The notes below the pieces were generated by a model. That model worked only from the letters and a program-made list of their open reading frames with translations. It searched no databases and had not been told where the DNA came from. Shown here in pieces: positions 9,429 to 19,577 of a DNA stretch of 64,000 nucleotides (the stretch's first letter is position 1; each line of letters begins with the position of its first letter). The translations under genes were made by a program, and so were the position numbers. The stretch is from an uncultured Rhodothermaceae bacterium (GTDB lineage Bacteria; Bacteroidota; Rhodothermia; Rhodothermales; Bin80): positions 11,652 through 75,651 of the forward strand of contig CAZXEU010000213.1 in NCBI GenBank assembly GCA_964639665.1. Reading direction: 5' to 3'.

Positions 9429-11111
9429 TTAAGGTATCGTAAAGGTCGCTTCCTGGCCGAAGGCAGAGCCCTGGAGGCCATTGTCAATGGCCTGAACGCT
9501 CCAGAAATACGTTCCGGGCCCGAGACCGAACAGCTGCCACTCGCGGTTTGCGCCGGCGTTGCCGAAACCGGAAATCAGCCTGCGACCCGTATCGGGGTTG
9601 GCGAGCGCCGACATGACATCCGATCCTCCGGGCGTAGTTCCAACCCGGATGTTGTACGTCAAGGCGCGATCCAGCGTCTGCCTGTCACGGCCCTGCGTCC
9701 AGGCCAGCGTCACCAGGCCGCCGCCCGAAACTACGGCGGACATGCTGTCCGGAGGCTCGGGTACGGTGTTGGTACGAATGCCCGGAAGGTAGTTGCGCAT
9801 GGCGGCCAGACGTATGGCGCCAGTCTGGTCTTCCTGCCGGAGCAGAAGCACATCCAGATCATTGTCGCCGTCATAATCGCCCCACGCAGTCGTGCTGAAA
9901 TAGCCTCCCGCAAACGGCGGCATGGTGTAGCGCTGCCCAGCGTGGGCCGCAAACCGCTTTAGTCCCGCGCTCCGGTATACCTGCACCTGAGGCCGGGAGG
10001 CAACACTCTCCGCTCCGGCAAGGAAGAGGTCCAGGAATCCGTCATTATCCCAGTCACCCCAGCTTGCGGTTCCCCGGTACCGGCCGCTGGCCGCCGCGCC
10101 CACAAACTGGTCCTCTACCTGGACGTCAACCGCAACCAGGGTGCCTCCCACATTCTCATACATGGCGAAATCGCCCTCAATCAGGAAGGGGTGCAACCTG
10201 CCACCTGCGAGCAGCAGATCAAGGTCCCCGTCCGACTCGAAATCGCCCCAGGCCACGGATCCAAACAGCAGTGCCGGGAATCGCATGTCGACCTCCCTAA
10301 AGATGCCGCCTCCGTCATTGCGATAAAGTCGCGTGGCAAATTCCTGGGGCTCCAGAATGCCGGTCATCACCAAATCATGGTCCCCGTCGCCGTCGTAGTC
10401 TCCCCAATCCACGGCCGCGGCGTGCATGCCCGGCAGCTCTGGGCCCGGGCTGAATCCTCCGCTACCGTCGTTTCGGTACAGTCTGGCCATGGCGCTGCCG
10501 TCATCTGCGGTCCCGGCTACCAGGAAATCCTGATCTCCGTCATTGTCATAGTCCGCCCACGCAGCCGCGCCGTCCCGCACACCCGGCAGGGTAACGTATC
10601 CCCTGAACAACCTGCCGCCGGATTCACCGAGGTTCATGTACACCTGGGTCAATGCCTCGCCGGAAGGCGTAACACCTGTCGCAAGCAGATCAACATCGCC
10701 GTCTCCGTCTGCATCCGAAAGGGCCACGGCGCTTAGCCAAACGGGGAGTTCGCGCTCGACCGGTTCAGATCTGCGATACACCGTTACAAAGGCATCCCGC
10801 ACCACGCCGGCCGTGTCGATGTCCTGCGTCGCAAAGTCGCCTTCATTGAAGTATATCTCCAGAACCGGTACAGGGCTCTCGAATCTGCCCGTGTTGCCGC
10901 TGACAACGAGATCGAAATCCCCATCCATGTCCAGGTCTCCCCAAGCCGTAGATCCGTAAGTTGCTGCCGGTACGGGAGATCCCAGCAGATTATTGACGCG
11001 GGCATAGACCTCCTCGAACGCCGGCGGAGGATCAAACTGGAAGGCTAGTGTTTCGGTCACGGCGCCGGCCAAAGACGCTATGCCAGCGAACACGATGAGG
11101 GTAGGCCGCAT
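9429..11111 (-). CDS. secreted 7-bladed FG-GAP/VCBS propeller protein with FN3-like domain and no T9SS tail
   Basis: ORF 9429..11201. ATG 11111 is the likely start (MRPTLIVFAGIASLAGA signal) and removes the overlap with uvrB. Seven blades, from 'WGDLDMDGDFDLV' to 'WGDYDGDNDLDVL'. It ends right after the FN3-like 'LTYNIRVGTTPG...YFWSVQAID...ATFTIP'. Confidence 0.8.
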   Translation of the reverse strand: MRPTLIVFAGIASLAGAVTETLAFQFDPPPAFEEVYARVNNLLGSPVPAATYGSTAWGDLDMDGDFDLVVSGNTGRFESPVPVLEIYFNEGDFATQDIDTAGVVRDAFVTVYRRSEPVERELPVWLSAVALSDADGDGDVDLLATGVTPSGEALTQVYMNLGESGGRLFRGYVTLPGVRDGAAAWADYDNDGDQDFLVAGTADDGSAMARLYRNDGSGGFSPGPELPGMHAAAVDWGDYDGDGDHDLVMTGILEPQEFATRLYRNDGGGIFREVDMRFPALLFGSVAWGDFESDGDLDLLLAGGRLHPFLIEGDFAMYENVGGTLVAVDVQVEDQFVGAAASGRYRGTASWGDWDNDGFLDLFLAGAESVASRPQVQVYRSAGLKRFAAHAGQRYTMPPFAGGYFSTTAWGDYDGDNDLDVLLLRQEDQTGAIRLAAMRNYLPGIRTNTVPEPPDSMSAVVSGGGLVTLAWTQGRDRQTLDRALTYNIRVGTTPGGSDVMSALANPDTGRRLISGFGNAGANREWQLFGLGPGTYFWSVQAIDNGLQGSAFGQEATFTIP

Positions 11112-11216
11112 TGCCGTAACGGCGTCGAACGAAGATGACGCGGTGCATACTCGAAACGCGTGCTGCAACCTTGGTGAAAGCGGGAAGGTTTCACCTTGCA
11201 CCCTGACGCCGATGCG

Positions 11217-13298
11217 ATGTCATCAATCCCACCCGGCCGTGCCTTTGGCTTGCAAGCCCCGTTTGTTCCGTTCGGCGATCAACCCGGGGCCATTGAGGAA
11301 CTGACGCGCGGCCTGGAGCGGGGAGACCGGCACCAGACGCTACTGGGCGTAACGGGATCCGGCAAGACCTTCACGGTCAGCAATGTCATCCAGTGGGCCG
11401 GCAAGCCGACGCTGGTGATGAGCCACAACAAGACGCTGGCGGCGCAGCTGTACGCCGAATTCCGGCAATTCTTTCCGGATAACGCTGTCGAATTCTTCAT
11501 TTCGTACTACGACTATTACCAGCCGGAAGCATACATCGTCCATACGGATACCTATATCGAAAAGGACATGGGGGTCAATGACCGGATCGACCGCCTCAGG
11601 CTTCGGGCCACCAGTGCCCTGGTCTCCGGGCGGCCGGACGTCATTGTGGTAGCCAGCGTTTCGTGCATTTACGGGCTAGGCTCGCCGGAGGAATACCGCT
11701 CGCAAATCGTGCAAATAAGGCCGGCTCAGGTTATCTCGCGCAACCGCCTGCTTGGCCAACTGGTGAACATCTATTACAACCGCAGCAGTGAAGACTTCGG
11801 ACCCGGCACCTTCCGGGTCCGCGGCGACACGGTGGACGTATTTCCTGCGTATCTCGAAGACCGGGCCTACAGGATTTCATTCTGGGGCGATGAGATAGAG
11901 GCCATTAGCACGATCCATCCACTTACCGGTCGGACGTACCAGGACGAGGATATCGTTACCATTTACCCGGCCAAGATATTCGTCACACCGGAGGAGCAAC
12001 TGGAAAGGGCCCTGGAATCGATCGAGGAAGAGCTCCAGTGGCGACTGGCAGCATTGCGAGAGAGCGGCAAGCTGTTGGAGGCTCAGCGGCTGGAGCAGCG
12101 CACGCAATTTGATCTGGAAATGCTGCGCGAGCTCGGGTACTGCTCAGGCGTAGAGAATTACAGCCGGCACCTAACCGGCAGAGCCCCCGGGGAACGGCCC
12201 TACTGTCTGATGGACTACTTCCCGGATGACTTCCTGTGCATCGTCGACGAGAGTCACGTCACGATCCCGCAGGTACGTGCCATGTACAACGGAGACAGGG
12301 CTCGCAAGCTGACACTGGTCGAACATGGATTCCGGCTGCCAAGCGCGCTCGATAACCGGCCAATGACCTTTGATGAATTCGAGGCGCGCCAGAGGCAGGT
12401 TATATATGTCAGTGCCACGCCGGGAGATTACGAGCTGGAAAAAAGCGGAGGCGTATTCGTGGAGCAGGTGATAAGGCCCACCGGCATCTGCGATCCAACC
12501 GTCGAAGTGCGCCCGAGCAAGCATCAGATCGACGACTTGCTGCACGAGATAAGGGCTGTAGGGGCCAGGAATGAGCGCGTGCTGGTTACTACGCTGACAA
12601 AGCGCATGGCGGAAGACCTGACGGACTATCTCGAATCGTTCGACATTCGCGTGCGCTATTTGCACGCGGATATTGACGCGCTTACCCGGGTTGCGTTGCT
12701 GCGGGACCTCCGCCTGGGTTCTTTCGACGTGCTGGTTGGAGTAAACCTATTGCGCGAGGGGTTGGATTTGCCAGAGGTGTCCCTGGTGGCAATCGTCGAT
12801 GCCGACAAGGAAGGCTTTCTTCGCAGTGACAGGTCGTTGATCCAGACGGCGGGGCGCGCGGCCCGCAATGTGAACAGCAAGGTCATTTTGTATGCCGACC
12901 AGGTCACAGGCTCGATGCAGCGCATGCTGGACGAAACTCGTCGCCGGCGTACCAAGCAGCTTGCATACAACAGGGAACATGGCATCACTCCCCGCACGGT
13001 CACCAAGGATCGCAGCGAAATCCTGAAGGGCACGGTGATTGCAGAGGAAAACGTGCCGGCCCAGGAAAGCAGGGCCAGCCACCTCGAAAAGGAATCCAAC
13101 CTGAAGGCAGCCGCTGAAATCCGCCTGCTGCGCACCCTGTCCGATGATCAGAAGAGGGACCTCATCGCCGAGATGCGAGTCCAGATGCTGGAGGCCGCAG
13201 AGAACCTCGAATTCGAGCGAGCCGCCGAGTTAAGAGACACGATCGTGCGCGCCGAGGCAGAGCTCGCCAACCTAGAGCCGGGGGAACCGCCAACCTAG
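11217..13298 (+). CDS. uvrB: excinuclease ABC subunit B
   Basis: Walker A 'GVTGSGKT', 'VDESH' box, helicase C motifs and the C-terminal UVR motif '[11 protein letters not shown]'. Likely start is ATG 11217 (MSSIPPG). Confidence 0.95.
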   Translation: MSSIPPGRAFGLQAPFVPFGDQPGAIEELTRGLERGDRHQTLLGVTGSGKTFTVSNVIQWAGKPTLVMSHNKTLAAQLYAEFRQFFPDNAVEFFISYYDYYQPEAYIVHTDTYIEKDMGVNDRIDRLRLRATSALVSGRPDVIVVASVSCIYGLGSPEEYRSQIVQIRPAQVISRNRLLGQLVNIYYNRSSEDFGPGTFRVRGDTVDVFPAYLEDRAYRISFWGDEIEAISTIHPLTGRTYQDEDIVTIYPAKIFVTPEEQLERALESIEEELQWRLAALRESGKLLEAQRLEQRTQFDLEMLRELGYCSGVENYSRHLTGRAPGERPYCLMDYFPDDFLCIVDESHVTIPQVRAMYNGDRARKLTLVEHGFRLPSALDNRPMTFDEFEARQRQVIYVSATPGDYELEKSGGVFVEQVIRPTGICDPTVEVRPSKHQIDDLLHEIRAVGARNERVLVTTLTKRMAEDLTDYLESFDIRVRYLHADIDALTRVALLRDLRLGSFDVLVGVNLLREGLDLPEVSLVAIVDADKEGFLRSDRSLIQTAGRAARNVNSKVILYADQVTGSMQRMLDETRRRRTKQLAYNREHGITPRTVTKDRSEILKGTVIAEENVPAQESRASHLEKESNLKAAAEIRLLRTLSDDQKRDLIAEMRVQMLEAAENLEFERAAELRDTIVRAEAELANLEPGEPPT

Positions 13299-13339
13299 GT
13301 ACAAGTAGTGTCGGTCTGTTTTCTGCTTTCGCTCGAGTC

Positions 13340-13561
13340 ATGAAGAAAGGCATCCATCCTGCATACGATATTATTACGGTTCGCCTGGCGGACGGCACGG
13401 AGTTTCAGACCCGGTCCACCATGCAGAGAAAGAAAAAATATGTCTCAGAAGTGGACAGCACCAACCATCCATTCTATACCGGTAGGCGACAGTATGTGGA
13501 CACGGCTGGACGCGTGGAGAAATTCCAGCGCAGATACGCCGGCCGCAAGACCGGGGGCTAA
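13340..13561 (+). CDS. rpmE: 50S ribosomal protein L31 (Cys-less, type B-like)
   Basis: 'MKKGIHP', 'HPFYTGRRQ' and 'GRVEKFQRRY'. No CxxC zinc ligands. Confidence 0.9.
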   Translation: MKKGIHPAYDIITVRLADGTEFQTRSTMQRKKKYVSEVDSTNHPFYTGRRQYVDTAGRVEKFQRRYAGRKTGG

Positions 13562-13626
13562 CCGGAAACGGCTGACTGCGTAAGGGCTTCGCCGCGCCTT
13601 CGTGCCGGCCGTGCTGGAGCCGGTAA

Positions 13627-14997
13627 ATGATAAACGCACTTAGACTGATAACGGCCAAGCGTGACGGCCTTGCGCTGACGCGCGAAGAAATTGTCGGCCT
13701 GATAGATTCCTATACGCAGGGCACGATGCCCGATTACCAGATGAGCGCCTTTCTCATGGCGGCTTATCTGCGCGGCATGAACGAAACCGAGACGTCGGCC
13801 CTCACGGAGAGCATGCTGAATTCCGGGGTCTTGTTGGACCACAGCCAGATCGAGGGATGCAAGATTGACAAGCACTCCACGGGCGGTGTCGGCGACAAAT
13901 TGTCCCTGGTCGTAGCCCCGACGGCTGCAGCTTGCGGAGTCTACGTACCCATGATCACGGGCCGTGGCCTCGGGCACACGGGAGGAACGCAGGACAAGCT
14001 GAGTGCCATACCGGGATTTCGCACCGATCTCTCGATCTCGGAATTCACAGCGCAGCTTGAAAGGATCGGGGCCGTAATTACGGCGCAGACCGAGGAAATT
14101 GCACCGGCAGACCGGAATATGTACGCCCTGCGGGATGTCACGGTTACCGTCGATTTCATCCCCTTCATCGCCGCCTCCATTATGAGCAAGAAGCTCGCAG
14201 AGGGACTGGACGGACTGGTGCTCGACGTAAAGGCCGGAAGCGGCGCTTTCATGAGCACGGAAAAGGAAGCCCGCGACCTGGCCAACATGCTCGTTGGAAT
14301 CGGTGAACGGTTTGGTACCACGACCGTGGCCTGGATGACCAGGATGGACGTGCCGCTCGGCCGCGCTGTTGGCAACTGGATAGAGGTCGCCGAGAGCGTC
14401 CGGTGCCTCCGGGGAGAAGGCGAACCTGACGTAATGGAAGTCAGCATGGCGCTTGCCGCCGAAATGATCCACCTTGCCGGTTGTGCGGCCTCGTTTAAAG
14501 GCGGGCTGAGAATAGCGACCGAGGCTGTTGCCTCAGGCCGGGCATTCGAAAAGTTTGTGCAGATTGTCGAAGCACAGGGCGGAGATACATCCGTGATTGT
14601 AGCTCCCGGGTCCTATGGCAGCTACGAGCCCCAGGCTGAGGTGCGGGCCGCAGAGGATGCGTGCGGCTACGTGGAAGGCATTGACGCCCTCATGATCGGC
14701 GTTACGGCCAACCAGATGGGCGTCGGTCGGGGTGTCAAGGAAGAGGACGTGGATCCCCATGCGGGTATCGTCCTTCACGCAAAGCCCGGAGAATTCGTAG
14801 AGGAAGGCGGCCTGCTGGCCAGCCTGTACACGCGCAAACTGCGACAGGTCCCGCATTTTGTAGCCGCAGTTCGCTCGGCCTTCCACTTCTGCGAAGAAAG
14901 GCCTGCGGCAGCACCGCTGCTAATGGACCGGCTCTCTCGCGACGGATGGAGGTCCCGTGTCGCGCGTACGGCAAGCGCATCTTTCGCTGGCGATTAA
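13627..14997 (+). CDS. deoA: thymidine/pyrimidine-nucleoside phosphorylase
   Basis: 'KHSTGGVGDK' and 'TGRGLGHTGGTQDKL' motifs. Length is typical apart from a roughly 20-aa C-terminal tail. Confidence 0.9.
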   Translation: MINALRLITAKRDGLALTREEIVGLIDSYTQGTMPDYQMSAFLMAAYLRGMNETETSALTESMLNSGVLLDHSQIEGCKIDKHSTGGVGDKLSLVVAPTAAACGVYVPMITGRGLGHTGGTQDKLSAIPGFRTDLSISEFTAQLERIGAVITAQTEEIAPADRNMYALRDVTVTVDFIPFIAASIMSKKLAEGLDGLVLDVKAGSGAFMSTEKEARDLANMLVGIGERFGTTTVAWMTRMDVPLGRAVGNWIEVAESVRCLRGEGEPDVMEVSMALAAEMIHLAGCAASFKGGLRIATEAVASGRAFEKFVQIVEAQGGDTSVIVAPGSYGSYEPQAEVRAAEDACGYVEGIDALMIGVTANQMGVGRGVKEEDVDPHAGIVLHAKPGEFVEEGGLLASLYTRKLRQVPHFVAAVRSAFHFCEERPAAAPLLMDRLSRDGWRSRVARTASASFAGD

Positions 14998-15050
14998 GCG
15001 TTGGAATTTGCCTACATTGAAGAACAGGACGTACGTAACCACGCAGACCC

Positions 15051-15809
15051 ATGTCAATCTGGTCACGCTTCAAGCGACTCATGCGCTCCATCTTCGGGGG
15101 AGCGATATCCGCGATGGAAAATCCGCGGCTCATTCTCGAGCAGAACATGCGGGAGCTGAATGACCAGATTCCGAAGATGAATGAGAACATAGCCACTGTG
15201 AAGGCAAACGTGATTCTGTTGCAAAAGGAGCAGCGCCGATGCCGAGCAGAGGTCGAAGGCCTGACGTCCAAGGTCAAGGCCGCCTTGCAGGGTGAGCGCG
15301 AAGATCTGGCCAAGCAACACGCCATTCGGCTTCAGTCGGCACGGGACGAGTTGTCCAAATCGACGGAACAGCTACAATATGCGGAAGCTGCTTACGAAAA
15401 GGCGCAGCAGGTCAAGAAGGCCTTCATGAGAGAGCGGAAGCGTAAGATAGACCAGGCCCAGGCCGCACTCCGGGCGCACGAGCGTGCGCAATGGCAGGCT
15501 GAGGTTGCTGATACGCTGGAGCAATTCGAGGTCGGCGGCATCGACCAGACACATGATGAAATGATCCGGCGCATTGACCAGGAAACCGCCCGCGGCGAGG
15601 CACGAATGGAACTGGCACTCGATTCCGTGGATGTCCAGGCGCTCCGTCTAGAAGAGGATGCCGAATCTTACCAGGCCGACGAATTGCTAAAGCAATTCAA
15701 ACTCGAAATGGGCCTGCAGAATGAGGCTCCTTCCGCCGAAGCAGGTGAACCGGAAGCCGAGGAGGAAATCCCGGCCAAGACGATTGGAAGAGAGCGAACG
15801 CAATCCTAG
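15051..15809 (+). CDS. pspA: PspA/IM30 family membrane-stress protein
   Basis: N-terminus 'MSIWSRFKRLMRSIFGGAISAMENPRLILEQNMRELNDQI' followed by continuous coiled-coil heptads and an acidic tail. This is the typical PspA/Vipp1 layout. Confidence 0.85.
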   Translation: MSIWSRFKRLMRSIFGGAISAMENPRLILEQNMRELNDQIPKMNENIATVKANVILLQKEQRRCRAEVEGLTSKVKAALQGEREDLAKQHAIRLQSARDELSKSTEQLQYAEAAYEKAQQVKKAFMRERKRKIDQAQAALRAHERAQWQAEVADTLEQFEVGGIDQTHDEMIRRIDQETARGEARMELALDSVDVQALRLEEDAESYQADELLKQFKLEMGLQNEAPSAEAGEPEAEEEIPAKTIGRERTQS

Positions 15810-15863
15810 CGAACGGCGGGGCAGTCGCCGTCACGCACCCCTTCTGCTGCCACCGCTTGCGCC

Positions 15864-16733
15864 ATGAGTGATCGGGGGATCAACTACACCAGGGAAGCCT
15901 TTATGCATCCCTGGAATCTGACGTTTCTTATCGGGGCTTTGGCCTGTGCATTCGGTCTCAGCTTTCTGCCTGCCCCGGTCGGCTCCACAGCATTTAACTC
16001 CATACTGCTCTTCACGATGGCGCTGGAGCTTCTGGCTCTCGGCTACGTGCCGCGCCAAGAGCGATTCAGACGGCTGATACGGTCGCAGAAGGCAGCTCAG
16101 AAGGCCAAGCCGCCGTCGCAGAAGGAACAGTACAATTCGCTGAGCCGGCACAATCAGCGGCGGTACTTTCGATTGCGGGACCTGGAAAAGAAGATAGACG
16201 CAAACTATAACAAGTTGAGCTATGCCTCCCAGGGTCTGCTGGAGAGCCACAAGCAGAAGATCGACGGACTCCTGGATTCATGCTTGTCGCTGCTTTGCCA
16301 GAAGGAACGGTATGATCAGTACAGCCTGCGCACGGGCGAAGAGGAGTTGCTGCAGGCGATAGAGGACCTGCGAAAGGACATGGAGGACGATTCCGAACGC
16401 GTTCGGGCCATCAAGGCGCGGCGCCTGAGAATCATCGAGCAAAGGCTGGATCGATTCCGGAAGAGTCTCGAGAGCATGGAGATCATTGAAGCCCAGGTTG
16501 CCACAATAGAAGATGTGATCAAGTACATACACGAACAGTCACTGACGCTTCGCAATCCTGACGAGATTACCTACCAGTTGAACCTGCTCCTCAATGAGGT
16601 AGAGGAGACGGAGGCTTCCGTGGGTGAAATGGAGAGCATTTTCGGCACCGCGGACAGCCTGTTGGCGAACATCGAGGACGAATTGCTGTCCGGAAGCCCC
16701 GACCGTACACGCCGTCGGGTACACGGCCGCTAG
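15864..16733 (+). CDS. hypothetical membrane protein (2 TM helices plus long coiled coil)
   Basis: Two hydrophobic helices ('WNLTFLIGALACAFGLSFLPAP', 'FNSILLFTMALELLALGYVP') followed by about 200 aa of charged heptad-rich sequence. It starts 54 nt after pspA and ends 30 nt before the CNNM gene. I recognise no family. Confidence 0.65.
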   Translation: MSDRGINYTREAFMHPWNLTFLIGALACAFGLSFLPAPVGSTAFNSILLFTMALELLALGYVPRQERFRRLIRSQKAAQKAKPPSQKEQYNSLSRHNQRRYFRLRDLEKKIDANYNKLSYASQGLLESHKQKIDGLLDSCLSLLCQKERYDQYSLRTGEEELLQAIEDLRKDMEDDSERVRAIKARRLRIIEQRLDRFRKSLESMEIIEAQVATIEDVIKYIHEQSLTLRNPDEITYQLNLLLNEVEETEASVGEMESIFGTADSLLANIEDELLSGSPDRTRRRVHGR

Positions 16734-16763
16734 GCTGCAGTTTCGCCCGGGGGACCGATTCGC

Positions 16764-18038
16764 ATGGCGCTCGCCGTCATCATTCTTGCTTTAATCTTCA
16801 GCGCCTTCTTTTCCGCGTCGGAGATCGCCTTCGTTGCCGCCAATCGGCTGAGAGTCGAGGTAAAGGCCAGACAGCGTGGCCGGGTGGGTCGCTACATCCT
16901 GCAGGTTTTCGGGGAGCCTGCGACGTTTCTCACTACGACCCTGGTCGGTAACAACATTGCACTTGTGGTCTATTCCACACTCATGGCGGTGTATCTGCAT
17001 GCACCGCTTGAGTATCTATTGCAGACACGGCTTGCCATTCCTTCCGGTGCACTTGAACTTGCCATCCTCGTCTTGCAGTCCGTCATCGCAGCCGCCATCG
17101 TGCTATTCGCCGGCGAGATCCTTCCCAAGACCATCACGCGCGATTTGGCGGACCGCGTGGTCTTCGTGCTCGCCTTGCCTCTTGCCATCCTGCAGAGGCT
17201 GCTAATGCCACTGGTTGACGTGGCCGGCAAGACCTCGCAGTTTCTGGTACGCCTTCTGCGGGCTGATGCCGAGCCGTTCTCTCACTTTCCGCGCAGAGCC
17301 TTCGAACTGGTTATCGAGGAGGGAATGCAGAGCGGCTCCCTAGAGCTCGACGACGACGAGACCGAGCTGCTCACCAATGTGTTCGACCTGCACGCCAAGC
17401 GCGTAAAGGAGTCCATGACACCGCGAACGGAAATCGTGGCGGTCGACGAGCAGACCGGTGTGGAGCAATTCCGACGACTTTGCATCCAGAGTGGTTATTC
17501 CAAGGTGCCGGTCTACCGCCGCAATATCGACAGCATCGTTGGCATCGCCTTCGCTCATGATCTTTTCAGAGAGCCTTCCTCTCTGACCGAAATGATGCGA
17601 TCTGTCAAGTTTGTACCTGAGTCCAAGCCGGCAAAGGATCTGTTCAAGGAGTTTCGCGAGACCAATTCGTCCATCGTTATAGTCATCGACGAATACGGTG
17701 GAACCGCCGGACTCATTACCCGGGAGGATCTGCTGGAGGAGCTCTTCGGGGACATCCAGGACGAGTTCGACTCCGAGGATATCGTGATGCGCCGGATCGA
17801 CGCAAATACTGTCCGGGCCAGCGGGCGAGCCGAAATAGACAGCATCAACGAACAGTATGACCTTCGACTCCCCACCGGCGACTATGAAACCGTAGCCGGG
17901 CTGGTCCTGGAGCGATTGGGGACCATCCCCAAGCCGCAGGACGAGTTTGAATTCGATGGCTACCGGTTCGTGGTATTGCAGTCTACGGCCAATCGCGTGG
18001 GCGCCGTGCGTATAACGCGGCTATCCGCGACTCCTTAG
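16764..18038 (+). CDS. CNNM/TlyC-family transporter (DUF21, CBS pair, CorC_HlyC)
   Basis: Four N-terminal TM helices, 'VKESMTPR' at the start of the CBS pair, and a 'VIDEYGGTAGLITREDLLEE' CorC-type C-terminal domain. Confidence 0.85.
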   Translation: MALAVIILALIFSAFFSASEIAFVAANRLRVEVKARQRGRVGRYILQVFGEPATFLTTTLVGNNIALVVYSTLMAVYLHAPLEYLLQTRLAIPSGALELAILVLQSVIAAAIVLFAGEILPKTITRDLADRVVFVLALPLAILQRLLMPLVDVAGKTSQFLVRLLRADAEPFSHFPRRAFELVIEEGMQSGSLELDDDETELLTNVFDLHAKRVKESMTPRTEIVAVDEQTGVEQFRRLCIQSGYSKVPVYRRNIDSIVGIAFAHDLFREPSSLTEMMRSVKFVPESKPAKDLFKEFRETNSSIVIVIDEYGGTAGLITREDLLEELFGDIQDEFDSEDIVMRRIDANTVRASGRAEIDSINEQYDLRLPTGDYETVAGLVLERLGTIPKPQDEFEFDGYRFVVLQSTANRVGAVRITRLSATP

Positions 18039-18566
18039 CTGGCGCCTGAAGGCGCGTACAAGACGCACATGGGTATCCAGCGTGCGCACGCCGGCCATCC
18101 CTTCGAGCCGCTCGGACGGAGCATCCGGCAATCCGGGAGGACTGATGCGCCCCATCCACAGCTCCATCTTGTCCCGCAGCAACTCCCGTCCGGGAAGTTC
18201 GCCTGCAGGAAGATGGGCGGCATAGAACGCCTGGCGGCGTTCAAGGCGCGACCTGAAAGGGCTGCTTTCCCGCAAGAGTGCATGGTCGCCCGTAACCAGG
18301 GCGGCGGCACCCAGGAGGTAATCGTGATACAGCGAGGGGACGCTTCTAAGTACTTCCGAACTACGCGCTTCAGCCAGAGAAACGCCGGCATCCAGGGCGC
18401 ATAGCGTAGCCTGAACGGCGAGACACAGTGTTTCCTCGGCCGCGAGAGCCGTATCCAGCCCGGGTATGCGCGCCTGAGCAGCCTGCACAAGCTGCTGCGT
18501 CACAGCCACGATTCCAAGGGCCGCAAAGACCGCAAGCTGGTCCGCCTGGGTTTGCTTAGCAGCCAT
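18021..18566 (-). CDS. hypothetical Ala/Leu-rich helical protein
   Basis: Its ATG lies 9 nt downstream of the floA stop on the same strand. Third codon positions are mostly G/C. I recognise no motif. The 3' end overlaps the convergent CNNM gene by 18 nt. Confidence 0.55.
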   Translation of the reverse strand: MAAKQTQADQLAVFAALGIVAVTQQLVQAAQARIPGLDTALAAEETLCLAVQATLCALDAGVSLAEARSSEVLRSVPSLYHDYLLGAAALVTGDHALLRESSPFRSRLERRQAFYAAHLPAGELPGRELLRDKMELWMGRISPPGLPDAPSERLEGMAGVRTLDTHVRLVRAFRRQLRSRG

Positions 18567-18575
18567 GGGACAGCC

Positions 18576-19565
18576 TTACAGATCGGAGGGTGCCTCTTCA
18601 CCACCACCGATCGAGGAGCGCATCTGCGTATCCGCCTGGATATTGCGGATGTTGTAATAGTCCATGACACCGAGCTGGCCGTTCCGAAACGCTTCGGCGA
18701 TCGCCGTCGGCACCAGCGCTTCGGCTTCGACGACGCGCGCGCGCTGCTCCTGGACCGCCGCCACCATCTCCTGCTCCCGTGCAACCGCCGCGGCTCTTCT
18801 TTCCTCAGCCTTCGCTCGGGCCACCTGCAAGTCGGCCTCCGCCTGGTCGGTCTGCAGCTTGGCACCGATGTTTTCGCCGACATCCACGTCGGCGATATCG
18901 ATGGAGAGGATCTCAAAAGCCGTCCCGGAATCCAGACCTTTCGACAGCACTGTCTTGGAAATGATATCGGGGTTCTCCAGCACGACCGCGTGGGAAGCTG
19001 AAGAGCCGATGGTCGACACGATTCCTTCCCCTACGCGCGCAATGATGGTCTCCTCTCCTGCTCCACCAACCAGGCGTTCAATGTTGGCCCGCACCGTGAC
19101 CCTGGCAATGGCCCGCAGCTGGATACCATCCTTGGCTATGGCAGAAATGGGCGGTGTTTCGATGACTTTCGGATTGACGGAGACCTGGACAGCCTCGAAT
19201 ACGTCGCGGCCAGCGAGATCGATTGCCGTTGCACGCTCAAATGGCAGGTCAATATCGGCCTTGTCCGCAGAAATCAGGGCATTTACCACCTGCTGCACGT
19301 TCCCGCCAGCCAGAAAATGTGCTTCCAGCTCCGGTGTATGAACGGCAATGCCCGCCTTGTGAGCCGTGATGAGGGGCTTCACAATGCGGTCAGGCGGAAC
19401 TCTGCGCAGCCGCATGCCCACAAGGTCCCGGAAGAGCTTCAGCCTCACCCCCGAGAAAATGGCGGTAATCCACAGGCGGACCGGAATGAAGTACAACAGC
19501 ATGAGGAGGCCCAGCACCACCAGGATGATGAACAGGGCACTGCCCAGACTCAGGAGATTGTCCAC
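18576..19565 (-). CDS. floA: flotillin-like protein FloA (UPF0365/YqfA family)
   Basis: N-terminal TM '[22 protein letters not shown]' followed by '[30 protein letters not shown]'. SPFH-like body and a C-terminal Ala/Glu-rich coiled coil. Confidence 0.85.
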   Translation of the reverse strand: MDNLLSLGSALFIILVVLGLLMLLYFIPVRLWITAIFSGVRLKLFRDLVGMRLRRVPPDRIVKPLITAHKAGIAVHTPELEAHFLAGGNVQQVVNALISADKADIDLPFERATAIDLAGRDVFEAVQVSVNPKVIETPPISAIAKDGIQLRAIARVTVRANIERLVGGAGEETIIARVGEGIVSTIGSSASHAVVLENPDIISKTVLSKGLDSGTAFEILSIDIADVDVGENIGAKLQTDQAEADLQVARAKAEERRAAAVAREQEMVAAVQEQRARVVEAEALVPTAIAEAFRNGQLGVMDYYNIRNIQADTQMRSSIGGGEEAPSDL

Positions 19566-19577
19566 GGCAAGTAGGGA

